64,000 nt of DNA, from positions 281,480,001 through 281,544,000 of the forward strand of contig OZ024741.1 of NCBI GenBank assembly GCA_964016885.1, in the 5' to 3' direction. Source of the DNA: Eledone cirrhosa. Its lineage: Eukaryota. The stretch's first letter is position 1. Each line of letters starts with the position of its first letter. A program made the position numbers and the translations under genes. Shown here in pieces: positions 49,201 through 63,854 of the stretch. Under the pieces are notes generated by a model. The model worked only from the letters and a program-made list of their open reading frames with translations, searched no databases and was not told the origin of the DNA.

Positions 49201-52200
49201 TGTGAAATCTGATATGATTGAGTCAAAGGTTAGCTGAGTATTGCATCATAGGAATTTGATTTCACTTCCTTGGAAATAATAATAACTGTATCAACACCAC
49301 CACTACTACAACCACCACCCACAACAACAATAACAGCAGAAATTGCAGAAATATTACCAATACTACTGATACTGAAATAAAAGTGAAAGAATTTAGACTA
49401 ACATCCTTATCATCATCATTAAATATCTGACTTCCCTGCTAGCAAGAATTCGAGGAGGTCTTCATAGACCAAGACAGCACTGAAGCAGAGCCTCTTGGTT
49501 GAGCTGAGAGTTTGCATTGCACTTCATAACTTCCCATACTCTACAGAAGGTACTTTATCATGATGTCCCACCCTTGCAAGCAGGGAAAAGCGGACATATG
49601 ATGATGATGATGATGATGATGATGACACAAGAGACATTGTCATATATTTGACACAACTGAAGAGTCCTTCCAGCTTTTTGATTGGCAAACTTCCTAATTC
49701 TGGATGCACTTCCTATCACCAACCACATTACAAAGTGTATTTGGTGCATTCATCATGTATATCTCCAAAACTAGAGAGGTTGTTGCATCACTGACTATCA
49801 ACAACAATAGCAATCCTCCACTATGGCCTTCAGCTAACAATGCCAAAAAGAGCCTTAGTGAATGTGAGAGTTAATTAGAGTGCTAATTTAGTAATTTAGC
49901 AGCCAAATCCTTCCTCATATGCTATGTATTAGTTTGTGTGTCATGACCATAGCTTCCAATGTCAATCATACTACTACAACATCAGAACACCAATGAATTA
50001 TCACAGCCAGAAAACTAATGAAGCAATTAAATTCCATTAAATCAAATATTACAAACATATCCAATTTGTTGAAAGTGCTAATGAGCTGTAATCAAACAAA
50101 CATATTTCTGTTATAATTTGCTTGATCAAAGGTGACGAGGACTATTCAATAAAACACTAAACTTTGTAGATGCTGCATCGATTACTTAAAAATACAATTA
50201 CAATATTTTATGGTACATACTTGAATAATGAATGGAATGATATACTGAAGGACTCTTCAGATGTGTTAAAGACAACTTCCTAGTGTTGGTGATCCATATG
50301 GTAAATACACCCAGTACACTATGTAAAGTAGTTGGTGATAGGAAAAGCATCCAGCCAAAGAAAACTTGCTAAACAAACAGTGAAGCGGACACTTCAGCTG
50401 TGTCCAAGACATGACAACCTCTCTAATTCTGGTGGTATGATAAAATGCACTTGATAGAACATGGTACTGTATGTAGGCAGGATGCAAACCCCTGTTATTG
50501 GTTGGTGGAGGGTAATGGAGTTGAATATTGGTACAAATGTACGATAAATATCAGCAAAGGGATTAAATGGAATGGAGAAATCCAATAGCTTTCTTCATCA
50601 AACATGTGGTATGATGAGTGTTAGATATAATAATAGAGAGTTGGTGGTGTGTGTGTTTGTGTGTGAGAGAGAGAGAGAGAGATGATTGATAATGAATATG
50701 ATAGTGATAATGTGTAATGGTGTAGCAGTGGAGAGATGAAGAGGTAGTGATAGTGTAGTGGTGAAGAAATGCATGTGAGAGAGAAAAGTTGTGCCGATGA
50801 TGAAAGGTAAGAAAACTAATGGCTAATGTATAATTAAGTACAGACAAAGGAACTGCCCCCTCTCCTCTAGACTCAATTGGCATGTTGCAGTGAATAGGGC
50901 TGAGAAATAATTGTAATAATTAAAATTTTTATGTTGCAACAATCATTTTAATAATTTAAATTTGAACATTTGTTTTATAAATAAACATATATTTAGCTGT
51001 TAATATACTGTTCCACACCAAATCATATTAGCAAAATATTCTTGAAAAGTAGAAAACAACACTATGACTACGTGATACCGAAAATTAAATTTTTTACTGT
51101 AAATTTTCACCATAATGAAGATACTATAAACATTTTAAAAACAAACCCCATTTTTAGAAATATTATCCTAAATTATTACAAGATGCTAAGGGTTGAATAG
51201 CAGTATTCCAATATGTGATTATTTTTTTTTACCAATTTCTGACTGTTTGGAGGATATAGTTATACAAAAACATTTAAAAAAGCAGAGGAAATAGAAATTT
51301 CATGTCGAAAGTGAAACCAGTGTAATATCCACCTCCAAAGTGAAACTGGTGTAATATTCACCTCCAAGAAAAATATTTTAGCACCTCATTTATGTAGAAT
51401 TTTGAAGTTTGTGAAAATTGGCAAAATATTGACCTTGAATATAAGCCAGCCCGCCCATTTTACCATCCATTTTTTGTCACATATTTCTTGGCTTATATAT
51501 GGTAATATTGATATGATCTTTGTAGAAAGTATGAAGAACAACTATAACAATATAGTGATAGGATCCAAAATTACATTTGCAATATTTTCCATACCTGTGA
51601 TAATTGTGCTGTTGGTATAAAAAAGAGGTGAAATTATCCGACAAATGCCTCCCATCAGTATCTATATGCCACAAATGAAATACATACATATATGTAAGAT
51701 AACTAAGAAATACAGAACAACCTTCACCACACTAAGTACATTGTCTAACATGTTTATAATAGAAATATCAAATTGTAAAATTAGATTTTCAAGTAGAAAA
51801 TGGCTTTGGCAATTGTGACATATAAAATTAAACAACATATCTTCATCAGAAGGGAAACCTGACAGCATAGCATTGGGGGGGGGGGGGGGGGGTATTGTCA
51901 GCATTTAGCAGGCCCCTCTGTCAAAATAGAAAAAAAAATGTATTAATTTAAGAATGAGTTAATCATTCTGTCATGTTGATGGTTGCTACACCCAAATGCT
52001 AAGAACGGTTTAAAAAACATCAAACCTCTCCACCACGCGCACTCGTGTGTGTGCAGGTGTGTGTTACAAACAAAATTATCTACAGCAACCTTGTGTCTAT
52101 TAGCCATACAGTCCATATCATGAGAGGTAATGAACCCACCATAACAATTTTACAATGGGTGTTCACTTATATGAAACACAAATGCAAAAGACCTATCAAG

Positions 52201-53309
52201 ACATTAAAAAAAGTCATTGAGGAAGATACAGAATTGTCCAGTGAAGAACTGAGACAGTTAATGTTGGATTTGGATCATGTGAGATGGAAAGGTTTTATCA
52301 TGTCACCACAAAGAAGTGAATGAATTTAGTAGTTAATTAGAAGACTCATCTGCTCAACCCTTTACTTACCAGTCTGCCCAAAACAGTCTCTGGGTCTATG
52401 ACACAAAGCTACCCATTTTGAAAGTTTTTATTTAAATTAAAATCTTCCAGCATAATTTGATATAAGAAACTTTTATGTTAAGTTACAAATAATGAAATAA
52501 CTTTAGCAAACCCTTCTAAATTTTTTATTAATTAATTCAACTACAGTGGATTTCATTAGAAATATGGAAATGAAAGGGTTAAAATCTGAGAAAGTGTTTG
52601 TTTGTGTTTCTGTGTGTGTGTGTATGGAAATATGTTTTGAGTATACGTGTGTGTGTGTGTGCGTGAATGCATAGTAATGTGAGTGTATATGCACATGCAG
52701 GTGTGTCTGTATGTTTGAATGTGTAGTGAGTATATGCATATTTGTGTATTTCTGTGTGTGTGTGTGTGTGTGAATGTGTAGTGTATACACGTGTCTGTAT
52801 GTGTGAATGTATAGGAGGAGGGAGTGTAGTGGACAAAGTTTAGCATGAATTATCTCGCCTGCCTCAATAGTTGGCAGTCCATTAAGTAAATCAAATAATG
52901 GACTTTATTTACATAAATTTTACCAGTGTGTTGAAATTATCATCAAAACAGAAACTTTAAGGTTAATGAAATCAGATGAAACAAGAGCTATCAAATGACA
53001 TTAAGAAAAAGTAAACATTTCAGAGCCCCAAAGTATATTGTTGCTGTTTAGCCTCCAGATTAAACCTTGACTGAGTAGACTTATGGTCAAAAACCCTCCA
53101 GCCTCATTATTAAACTGGTGTCTGCAACATAAAGATTCTTACATAAAATTATGATGGGCGATTTTAGGTAAATATAAACACTTTAAAATAAGTAGTTATA
53201 TGTCTTAGAACTATAGTTTTAGGTGGTTTGGTATCAAAAGGGTTGATATATACTGCAAAAAATCCCACCAAAACTTTCTAAGGACTGGGTGTTAAACACT
53301 GAATATTTA

Positions 53310-54200
53310 TTATACAGCAAACTGGCATGAAAGACATAATCAAGACCATCACGAAGGGCAAATATAGATGGGCTGGTCATGGCTCTCGTTTCAGAGACAA
53401 CAGGTGGACTATTAGAGTGTCAGAGTGGAGTATTAGAGTGTCAGAGTGGAGTATTATAGTGACAGAGTGGACTATTAGAGTGACAGAGTGGACTATTAGA
53501 GTGACAGAGTGAACTATTAGAGTGACAGAGTGAACTATTAGAGTGACAGAGTGGACTATTAGAGTGACAGAGTGGACTATTAGAGTGACAGAGTGGACTA
53601 TTAGAGTGACAGAGTGGACTATTAGAGTGACAGAGTGGACTATTAGAGTGACAGAGTGAACTATTAGAGTGGACTATTAGAGTGACAGAGTGAACTATTA
53701 GAGTGACAGAGTGAACTATTAGAGTGACAGAGTGGACTATTAGAGTGACAGAGTGGACTATTAGAGTGACAGAGTGAACTATTAGAGTGACAGAGTGGAC
53801 TATTAGAGTGACAGAGTGGACTATTAGAGTGACAGAGTGAACTATTAGAGTGACAGAGTGAACTATTAGAGTGACAGAGTGAACTATTAGAGTGACAGAG
53901 TGGACTATTAGAGTGACAGAGTGGACTATTAGAGTGACAGAGTGGACTATTAGAGTGACAGAGTGGACTATTAGAGTGACAGAGTGGACTATTAGAGTGA
54001 CAGAGTGGACTATTAGAGTGACAGAGTGAACTATTAGAGTGACAGAGTGGACTATTAGAGTGACAGAGTGGACACCAAAGCAGTGGAGAAGAACCAGAAG
54101 TTGGCCAAAGGCCAAATAGCATGATGATCTGATATGGTCAGAGAAAGAAAGTGGTGGAGGTCAACCAGGGAGGGGTTCCTCCTACAGGAGTGAGAAGGCC
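53310..54200 (+). mobile_element. LINE (RTE-like) ORF2 3' fragment hosting a minisatellite
   Basis: KDII..KYRWAGH..DNRWTIRVTEWTPK..RR....PK....DDL once the array is collapsed. Confidence 0.75.
53404..54073. repeat. 21-bp minisatellite, about 32 copies
   Basis: Unit gtg(g/a)actattagagtgacaga; one shortened unit near 53665. Confidence 0.97.
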
Positions 54201-55332
54201 CTGCATTTTGGATTTATTATACTAATATTTATAGTAATTCATCAATGAGCTGTATTTGCTTTGTATGCCTTAAGGAGATAAAAGACAATGAAAACATGAA
54301 GAGAACCACTTGTAAACAGTGAAATATATGTTTAATTGATCAAGATACTGATCACATGCCAATTTCCTGTCTTCTTAATTCTTAACATCCTGTACCACAT
54401 TCAACCACATGAGCAAGGCATTCTTTAAAAGTAGAGAACAGTAGTATGACTGCATCACATTAAAAACTAAAGTCTGCTTTATTTTAGTTTCCTGTAAATT
54501 TTCACAATGATGAGTCCACTAGTAAAGATACTAAAACCATCTGAATTAACAAACCTGTTTGTTTGCTAAATCATTACAGAATTAATAAGTTTACATTACA
54601 GCCTACATACAGCAGAAACTTATATTAACCCAAGGGTTAATCACAGCATGGCCTCAGCCAGATGGCTGGAACAAGTAAATGTAACTGAAAAGAGTTAGGT
54701 GAATCTAGAAGGATGTAGTTGATGACCATTGCTGTATTCACCACAAGTCACAAGAGGCTCATAAAGGTCAGCTCTTAATATTGTAGTCTTAAGTGAATGA
54801 GAGACACAGCTTCTATATAAAGATCCCAATCTATTGTAACATTCCATACCCATTTCTATACCACACTACCTCTGGTTATCTATACAAATTAATTTATGTT
54901 AGTGTTTATACTTATCTAAAAAAAAAAAAAAACAACGTTTATAGTTTTATGTAAGAACCTTTATTAAGTTGTGTTTCAATTTAGAGGATACCATCACTGT
55001 AAGATGATGGCAAATGCTTGGTCGTATGCTGCACATGGCCACAGAGACCAATGAGAGCCTATTTTGAGTGGAAACCAGATGGCAGGCAATGTAAGGATCT
55101 ACTTTTGCAGTTAACACGACGACAACACTTCCACCACCACCATTATCATTGTTTTCATTAGTATAGTTATTTACATTATCTGGTAAACAATTTCAATAAA
55201 CTAGGGGTGGCTTGGCGTGGGACAGAAGAAACTTGTATTTAAAATTAATAATGTATTTCTGAGGAGGGCTTAATGCATTGAAAAGATGTAAAAATATTAT
55301 TGGAAAATAAAATGCCTTATTTCAATATTACT

Positions 55333-55794
55333 TGGTGTGTGTTTTTGTGTGTGTCATGTGTTGCATGTGTGCGGTGTGTGCGTGACGTCTGTATGTGTGA
55401 GGTGTGTGTGTGTGTCATGTGTTGCATGTGTGCGGTGTGTGTGTGACGTCTGTATGTGTGAGGTGTGTGTGTGTGTCATGTGTTGCATGTGTGCGGTGTG
55501 TGCGTGACGTCTGTATGTGTGAGGTGTGTGTGTGTGTGTGATGTGTATGTTTGTGTGAGGTATGTGTCGTGTGTTTGTGTGCGTGCACGTGCAACGTCTG
55601 TGGTGCATGGCATGTGTGTGGTGTGTGTTTGCGTGTGGCATGTGGCGTGTGTTTGCGTGTGTATGTGGCACATTTTTATGTGATGTACATAAAATGTCTG
55701 AACATGTGGCCACTAAATTATAGATATATATCATAAATACAAATATACATACATCATACACAAACACAGATATATAGCATTAATACATACAAAT

Positions 55795-55828
<34 letters not shown>

Positions 55829-56140
55829 ATACATGCATCATACTCATACATAGATACATAGCATAAATACATACAAATGCACACACATTATCATACAGAC
55901 ACACACATACACACATTCCCATACAGACACACATTATACTGATACATACACACACATTATCATACAGATACACATGCCCATTACCATACAGACACAGACA
56001 TCATACTGATACACACATACATTATACAGAAACAGCACAAATACATACACACACCATACAGATACATGGAACATAATACAAACACACATATGCATCATAC
56101 AAGATATATACACACATGGCATAAATACATATGCATACTT
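55333..56140. repeat. GT-rich then CA-rich low-complexity block, including 3 copies of a ~60-bp unit
   Basis: gtgtcatgtgttgcatgtgtgcggtgtgtgcgtgacgtctgtatgtgtgag repeated three times. Confidence 0.85.
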
Positions 56141-56399
56141 AGATGACACAATTTAATGCAGAGACAAAGAAATACTTTTGGTGATGCTTTCTTAAAAGGA
56201 ATCCAAGCTGATATAAAGTTACGTCATAAACAACAGACATGTTGAACATCTTGGGAAATGTTCTAGTAGATTAAGAATCAGCTCTCTTACCCTGTTTCTA
56301 TATACAGTGAAGAATTTTGCTCTGCTGAAGTCAGCAAAATAAACAGTTTTCATATGGAGTAGTAATCTTAGGTCCCTTCTATTCATATCAACATTATTG

Positions 56400-56757
56400 A
56401 ATTGGCAGTATTAGTAGAGGGTCGGACGCCATGCTACGGTCTGAGTTCAAATCCTGCCGAGTTTAACTTTGCCTTTCATCCTTACAAGGTCGATAAAATA
56501 AAGCACCAGTAATGCACTGGGTGTCATTGCTGGCCTTGTGCCAAAAGTAGAAAACAATTTTTATTATTATTATTATTAATAATAAAAAGGATTGGCAGTA
56601 TCGGTAGAGGGTCGGACGCCATGCTTTGCAGCACAGTTACGTCCCTTTACGGACTGAGTTCAAATCCCGCCGAGGTTAACTTTGCCTTTCATCCTTACAG
56701 GGTCGATAAAATAAAGTACCAGTAATACACTGGGATAATTGCTGGCCTTGTGCCTAA
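56400..56757 (+). mobile_element. Tandem pair of Deu/Nin-like SINEs
   Basis: Two copies separated by (att)n. Confidence 0.88.
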
Positions 56758-56947
56758 TAATTTAGGCAGTAAATATCTAAAAAAGAAAAAAAAAATCGCT
56801 TTGTTCATTCAAATGTTCATAATACCTTTACTAGTGTCCAGATCATTGTGAAAATTTACTATATTAGAGCAAAAATTAACTTTTAATGTGATGCAGTCAT
56901 GATGCTAAAAATAATGTTAAAAATGTGTCTGCATGATTTTTAATTGA

Positions 56948-57165
56948 TTCTTAACATCCTGTAATATTTAGCAGAAAATATCTAAAAATGGGTTTGTTCA
57001 TTCAAATGTTTATAGTAGCTTTACTAATAGACAGGCCATTGTAAAAATGTCCAATAATAGAGTAAAGACTATTTTTTTTTATTGTTTATTTTTCATGTGC
57101 CCCAGCCATTTTGTTTTCAAGAATATCTTGCTAATGCAGTTTCATACAGTACAGGATGTTAAGAA
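56948..57165. mobile_element. MITE with perfect 16-bp TIRs
   Basis: ttcttaacatcctgta / tacaggatgttaagaa flanked by ttga / ttaa; related ends near 43285 and 54380. Confidence 0.75.
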
Positions 57166-60100
57166 TTAATAAATAACGTAACTTGAAATTTGTTTATCTC
57201 TTGAGCCAACAGGTTTTTACAATTATATTATGGTAGATATCTCATATGGAATAACCGTGCCCATGAATCTTTCTTACATGTTGTTTTGTACTTTTCATGA
57301 CTGTCATTCTAATGTGGTTTTATGTGGTACAGGACATCAAGAGTTTACTCTCTTCTTACTATATTTCTAATGAAATGTGTTACCTTACAATTTCTAAATA
57401 TTCTTTTGAAAATAATGAAAAATTTGAAAAGATTTAGTAATTGTTTCTGATTTAGGCACAAGAACAATAATTTTGAGGGAGAAGGAAGTCGATTAAATTG
57501 ACCCAGTACATTATTGGTACTTTATTTTATCGATACCGTGAGGATGAAAGGCAAAGCTAACCTCGGTGGGATTTGAACTCTGAACGTAAAAGAACATAAC
57601 TATATGCTGCAAAGCATGTTGGCTGACACTCTATTGATATTGTCAATCCACTTTCTCATTAAGATGGTGTTTGGAAGATAACTTAACAGGTTTTTAGATA
57701 AAATTCTGTAGAAGGTTTTAGATAAATATAAACATTTTAAAGTTAAAAGAAAGCATTGTCGTTTGATATTACAAATGGTTTACTGTCAGATTTTATTATC
57801 AAAATCAGCAGGATACTTCGATGTGTGTATGCAGTATGGTCTATCACCAGTCTTCACATTATTTCTATTATCATCTCCGTAGAACTTAGATTCTTCATAT
57901 GTCTTTTTTTTTTTTTAGCTCCTGCTATTATTAGTGGAATAGGTAAATAAATGTATGTACAGACCCGTAACTCCTGATGGGGTCATATGGGTACTCTAGT
58001 GACATAAGTTTCTAGAGAATTCTTAAAACTTAGTGAAGTTCATCCAGGTTTGAACACAGCTGATTTCCTCCAGATAACAAGATAGAAGGAGACAGAGGAA
58101 GTGAGAAAGAGATGTTGAGGAAGAATCAACCCCAGTACAGAACTGGTACATTTTTATCAACATCAACAGGACGAAAGGCAAAGTTGACTTAAGTGGGCTT
58201 ATTGTTTAATTAAATCCTGGATAGAGTTACATGTGGTGTTGCAATGATGTTTCTTCAAATCACTTCACTGTGTTTTAAAACCAACAGTATATAACCCTAT
58301 GTCCCGTATTGAAATAACGATTCTTTAAATCATTTCCCTCAACTTTCAAAGAGACAGTAGGTAACTGTACATCCTAGTTTGAAATTTTTTTTTTCTTGTG
58401 TGTTTTAATTCTGCATATGGCATAGTTCAATAGATTGTTATATCAACAAGAGAATGAAAGCTGTGAAGAAATATTTATCTTGCTCTCTTGTTAGATTTAG
58501 CAATAATTAAGTGTTGGATCCCTAGAGGAACACCTGGGAAGCAGATCAAAAAGAAATACTAACACACTAGCCAACAAAATATGAAACATAGTAATGTTGA
58601 CTGAATCAAGAAATAATTAATTTAGTTAAATAATTTTACATTAAATTTTCCAGCCAAATGATAATAATAATAATAACAAAAATCCCCAGATATTACTAGA
58701 GATCTCCATGTTAATGGAGTTTCAGCTTCTGTTTTTTTCTATGCTTTTACTGGCTTCAGTCATTAAAGAGTGACCATACTGGAGCACCACTGTGAAAGGA
58801 TTTAGTCAACCATATCGAATGCAGTACTTATTTTTTTTATTCAAGTCTTGCACATAATTGATCTATGTCTTTCTGTTGAACCACTAAGTTACTTGACATA
58901 TGCAAACAGTAAACCTAAACACAGACAAATATTTATGCATCATCATCATCATTGTTTTTACATCTGCTCTTGCATTGCTGGCATGAGTTGGATGGCATGT
59001 TTGGAGATAATATTTACAGGCAGATGCTCTTCCTTATACCAACCCTTTTAGTCATCTCCTTTGCCACAGGAATATGGTGTACCTATTCAACAAACTAAAA
59101 CACACAAAGAGAAACTTCTACACTGGTTCTGTGGACTAAATTTAAGTTCCCAGGCATTGGTCAACACTACACTATAGTAGAAAATACTTCAGGTGCCATG
59201 TAGTGAGGGGTCTGAAGCCAAAACCATGTAGTAGCAAAGTGAACTCCTTAACCATACCTTAGCTATACACATTTCACATAGAATTCGAAAATTGTCTGTT
59301 CTCATGTGTGTTGTTTCAGTTACTCTTTAATGACAATGAGACACAGAAGCTAACAGATTAAAGCATGCAATTTTTTTGTACTGTTTAAATCCATTTTCCA
59401 TTTAGCTGCAGGTGAAAGCATTTTCAAATTTGGATTTTTGCCTTCTATAATGGCAATTTCTTCCAGCTAAATGTCCATCCTGCTGCAAACAAAATAATTA
59501 TCAGGATAGAATGGCAAATGATATCAGCATGAAGACTAATGTAGTCACAATCCTTTTGATACCATATTACTCATACTGATATTTATCTAAAATCCTCCCA
59601 TCATAAGATCTTTGTTAAGCTATGTTTAAAACATCAGCTTAATAATGAAAAAGATAGTTACACTGCAAAATTTTTTGAATTTCTTTATTTTCAAAAGGAT
59701 TTGAAAATCATAAGCAGTGTCTTTCATTAGAAATATAGTATTTGATTCTAGGCTGGTGAATTGGCAGAGTTGTTAGAATATCAGATAGAATTCTTTGCAG
59801 TATTCCTTTTTGCTCTCTGAGTTCAAATCCCACCAAGGTCTACTATGCCTTTCATCCATTCAAGGCTGATAAAAAAAAAAGTACCTGATTAATACTGGGG
59901 ATGGGGTGGGTGGTGGGCATCCGTCCTCTATATTTCTTGTTCACACTCTCTGTCCTTCTCTGGAAGAAATCTGTTGTATTCAGGCATGGAGAGGTGATGA
60001 GCTTTGCCAGGTTTATAAATGCTGTATGTCAATAAGGTGCCCCTACGACTCCAACAAGAGTTACGGTCCATATATACATACATTTAATTCTACTTTACAA

Positions 60101-60857
60101 CAACAAATGTATAGCAAAAATAATTGAAGAAATTTCACTTTTAATTATTTTCCTGAATTTTTTGTCAGAAATTTACTTATTCTAACCTTTACAAACTAGT
60201 AGTGTATAATTCTTTTTTTGTTTCTTTATAATGACACAATATAATAAAGTGCAAGTAAATCAATTTCACATACTGCCACCATAAATGAAACATTAGGGTC
60301 ACTCCTCTTTGTTGTCTCAATCAAGAGGGTGGAGAAGAGTTAATGTTTCTTGCTTTAGGTACACATCACAATTGTCTGATAATGTTTCCATTTTTAATGA
60401 TATGGGAAGTGGTAAGCCAGCAGTTTATAAATAATACCATATATAATATTAAAGCCAGTGACACAGCATGGAGTCTTTAAAGAAGGGACATAAACTATAC
60501 ATCTGTTGGAGACTATACAAACATCAGTATTTGTATGCTAATCAAATCAACTAGTTAGTCATCCAAATACTGATAACTTAAATGAAATGCAACTACAAGC
60601 ATTTTAAGGTCATTTTTTCTACTAAAGCAGGGTTTAGCCTCTCAGGCTCTATAACATATGGTGGGGCCTCTTAAAATATGCAAGCATGTAATTTACCTAT
60701 TAGAAGAATTTGTTATATTAGCATTCAGAAGAATCAAGGATAAATTAACTCTTTCATGACTGTATTTTTCATGAAATACACTGTATTTGGATTAATTAAG
60801 AATTTGGAAGGATTTACTAAAATTATTATTTCATTATTATTTCATTATTACAGCTGG

Positions 60858-61392
60858 TACAGTAATGTGCCAGCTTCAGCATTCAGTAATCAGAAGGGAG
60901 TTAGACTTAAAAGCTAAACTCAATATCTTCAATTCAGTATTCGTGCCAACCCTTACCTGTGGTCATGAATCTTCAGTAATGACCAAAAGAATATGATCAC
61001 GAACACAAGCGTCCGAAACGGGGCTTCTCCAAAGGGTCTTTTAAGTAACGTTACTCAAAGTGCATAGCTTGGAGATCTGAGAGTCACTCCAGGTAGAGCC
61101 ATTGCTTCTCTGAATTAAGAGATCACAGCTCTGATACAATGGGCAAGTGGTTAGAATGCCTCAGGAAAGAATCACTCGACAGATTTTACAGGCAAAACCA
61201 ATTGGCAGGAGACCCAGGGGTAGATCCTGAACAAGATCGTTGGATGACATCCATGAGCTTGGCTAGTCTCGCTTGAGGATTCAGCCAGATTAGTTGGAGG
61301 TCATTACTTCTGACAGGACCCACTGGAAGAAGTGTTTGAGGTGTGTATCCCCCGACCCTCTCAGGAATAAGGGGGTAAAGGAGAAGAAGACA
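60858..61392 (+). mobile_element. 3' fragment of Expander-like RTE LINE nested in a TTAA MITE
   Basis: KLNIFNSVFVPTLTCGHES..RMPQER..GRRPRGR; (GAA) tail; MITE halves on both sides. Confidence 0.75.
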
Positions 61393-62373
61393 ACAGTTTT
61401 AAAGGCAGAACAGTGTCGAACAACATTCTTTGCAGCATACAGTTAAATCTTTTTTCATTCCGAGTTCAAATCCTGCTGAGGTTAGTTTTGCTTTTCATCC
61501 TTACAGAGTTGATAAAATAAAGTACCAGTAATGTCCTGACTTGATTTAATCAACTTTCCTCTCCCCCCAAATTGTTGACCTTGTGCTTAAATCAGAAACC
61601 ATTATTACAACAATATTTGTAAAAATTTAACAAAAGATTCTTATATCAAGTTATGATGGAAGATTTGAAATTAAATAGAAACTCTTTAAAACAAGTGGTT
61701 CTCTTTCATAGACCTGAACTGGTTTGGGGCGGGTTGATATCAAAAGCGTTAAATCTCATATAGGTAAGTGGAGAAGGAAAAGGAAAAAACCTAATAAAGA
61801 GGAATTGGGAGGAAAAAGGCAGTGAATATAATTGTTAACACTAGAGCATGGATATATTGAAGGGAAGTGTGAATGTTAATAAAACAACACTATGGAACTA
61901 AATGTTTACATAGAAACTAGTGTTTGTAAGGCACCAGTAATGCACTAGGGTTGATTTAATTGACTTTCCCTTCCCCAAGAATTGCTGGCCTTGTGCGAAA
62001 ATTGGAAACCATTATTATTATTATTATTATCTTTATCATGCTCTATAAAAAAAAGAGCAGTGGATTGGTAGTATCAGTAGAGCGTTGGACACCCCACTTT
62101 TCAGCATGGAGTTACGTCCCTTTACGATCTGAGTTCAAATCCCGCAGAGCTTAGCTTTGCCTTTCATCCTTATAGGGTCGATAAAATAAAGCACCAGTAA
62201 TGCACTGGGGTTGATTTAATCAACTTTTCCCTCCCCCAAATTGCTGGCCTTGTGCCTATAGTGACATCTTTATTCATCATTGAATCGTACATATTTTATT
62301 ATGTTTTGTGTAATTAAAATAAACCAACAAAGTATACAATATTTTTTGAAAATTTAGTATTTTCTGCCAACAA

Positions 62374-62405
<32 letters not shown>

Positions 62406-62436
62406 CAGCTTCCCATCTACATTTTCTCTGTATAAA

Positions 62437-63854
62437 GAGGAGTTCAAGACCGCTTGCCCATGGGAACTCCTATATGCAGATGATCTAATGCTCATAGCTG
62501 AATCAATGGCTGAACTAGAGAAGAAATTCCAAACATGGAAGCATGGCCTAGAATCAAAAGGCCTTAAAGTTAACTTGTCTAAGACTAAAGTTCTAGTTTG
62601 TAGGAAGAAAAATAGGGCACCGGTCCCATCTGGGAAATGGCCATGCTCGGTGTGTAGGAAAGGAGTAGGCAGAAACTCCATTTTATGTCCCAAATGCAAA
62701 GTATGGGTGCATAAAAGATGTAGTGGGATCACAGGTAAGCTAACTAAGAATATAGATTTTATATGTGGCCGGTGCTCTGGTGCAATAAGTAGCAGCAAGT
62801 GCCCACAGAATACTAGCTCATTCCATTGCACAGATGGTTCTATAGAAATAGTGGACACCTTCTGTTACCTGGGTGACAAAATCAGCAGTGGGGGAGGGTG
62901 CACTGAAAATACAGTAGCTAGAGTCAGAACAGGATGGAAAAAGTTCAGAGAGCTTATACCACTTTTGGCCGCTAAAGGGTTCTCTCTAAAAATGAAAGGC
63001 AGGCTGTATGATGCCTGCATACGAACATGGCAGTGAGACTTGGGCATTGTGTGCAGAGGATATACGCAGACTGGAGAGGAACGAAGCTTGCATGCTCCGC
63101 TGGATGTGTAATAGTAATATACGTGAACGGCAAAGCATAAACGAACTAAGGGAGAAATTATGAATAAGAGGGATCAGATGTTTATTCGAGAGAAGACTAC
63201 GTTGGTACGGTCACGTGATGCGCATGAAACCTGGGACGACTTGATAAATTCCGACCTCACACACATACACCTCTCCAAGACAATGTCACTGGACCGAGAT
63301 CTTTGGCGCTACACAGTAATACAGAAGACCCGCCTTGCCTAAGTACAAAGCGAAACCTATAATCAGTAGGCACCGCTAACAAAAATACACCCACCGTCCC
63401 ACTACCCCACCCCATCCACACCACCCCCTTCAATGTGAAGTTATGTTGGTACCACAACATCCAGTCCGAAACAAATGAGGTCGTGTAGGTGTCAACAAAA
63501 AAACACACAGTCCACGATGTAATGTGGCCGTGTAGGTAACACGGTAAAAACCTCCCAGTCCACACTGTAAACGTGGTTGGTGTTAAGAAGGGCATCCAGC
63601 CGTAGAAAACCCGCCAGACGTATAGGTGTCACGACAAAAAAACACACAGTCCACGCTGTTATGTGGCCGTGTAGGTAACACAGTAAAAACCTCCCAGTCG
63701 ACACTGTAAACGTGGTTGGTGTTAGGAAGGGCATCCAGCTGTAGAAAACCCATCAGACAGTCCTATACGAGCAGGACAACCAATCTTGCCTCAAGTAGGA
63801 AAACCCCCATCCAAACCCATGCAAGTGTGGAAGATGGATGTTAAACGATGATGA
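62437..63854 (+). mobile_element. 5'-truncated RTE LINE: YADD motif, Cys/His-rich finger, C-terminus and 3' UTR
   Basis: PWELLYADDL, GLKVNLSKTK, WPCSVC..LCPKCKVWVHKRC..FICGRC, FCYLGD; frameshift near 63028; closely related to 22918-24103. Confidence 0.92.

Noticed and set aside
52364-52416. Minus-strand ATGGGT..CTG|GTAAGT as an alternative first exon
   Set aside because: In-frame TAG after 6 codons, and it lies in the TTAA MITE terminus.
53441-54122. 224-aa and 152-aa repeat ORFs as genes
   Set aside because: Antisense frames of a 21-bp minisatellite.
56285-56353. Minus mini-ORF MKTVYFADFSRAKFFTVYRNR ending at AGG|GTAAGA
   Set aside because: No homology or other support. Phase 0 fits only the hypothetical 31466 acceptor, and chance occurrence is likely.
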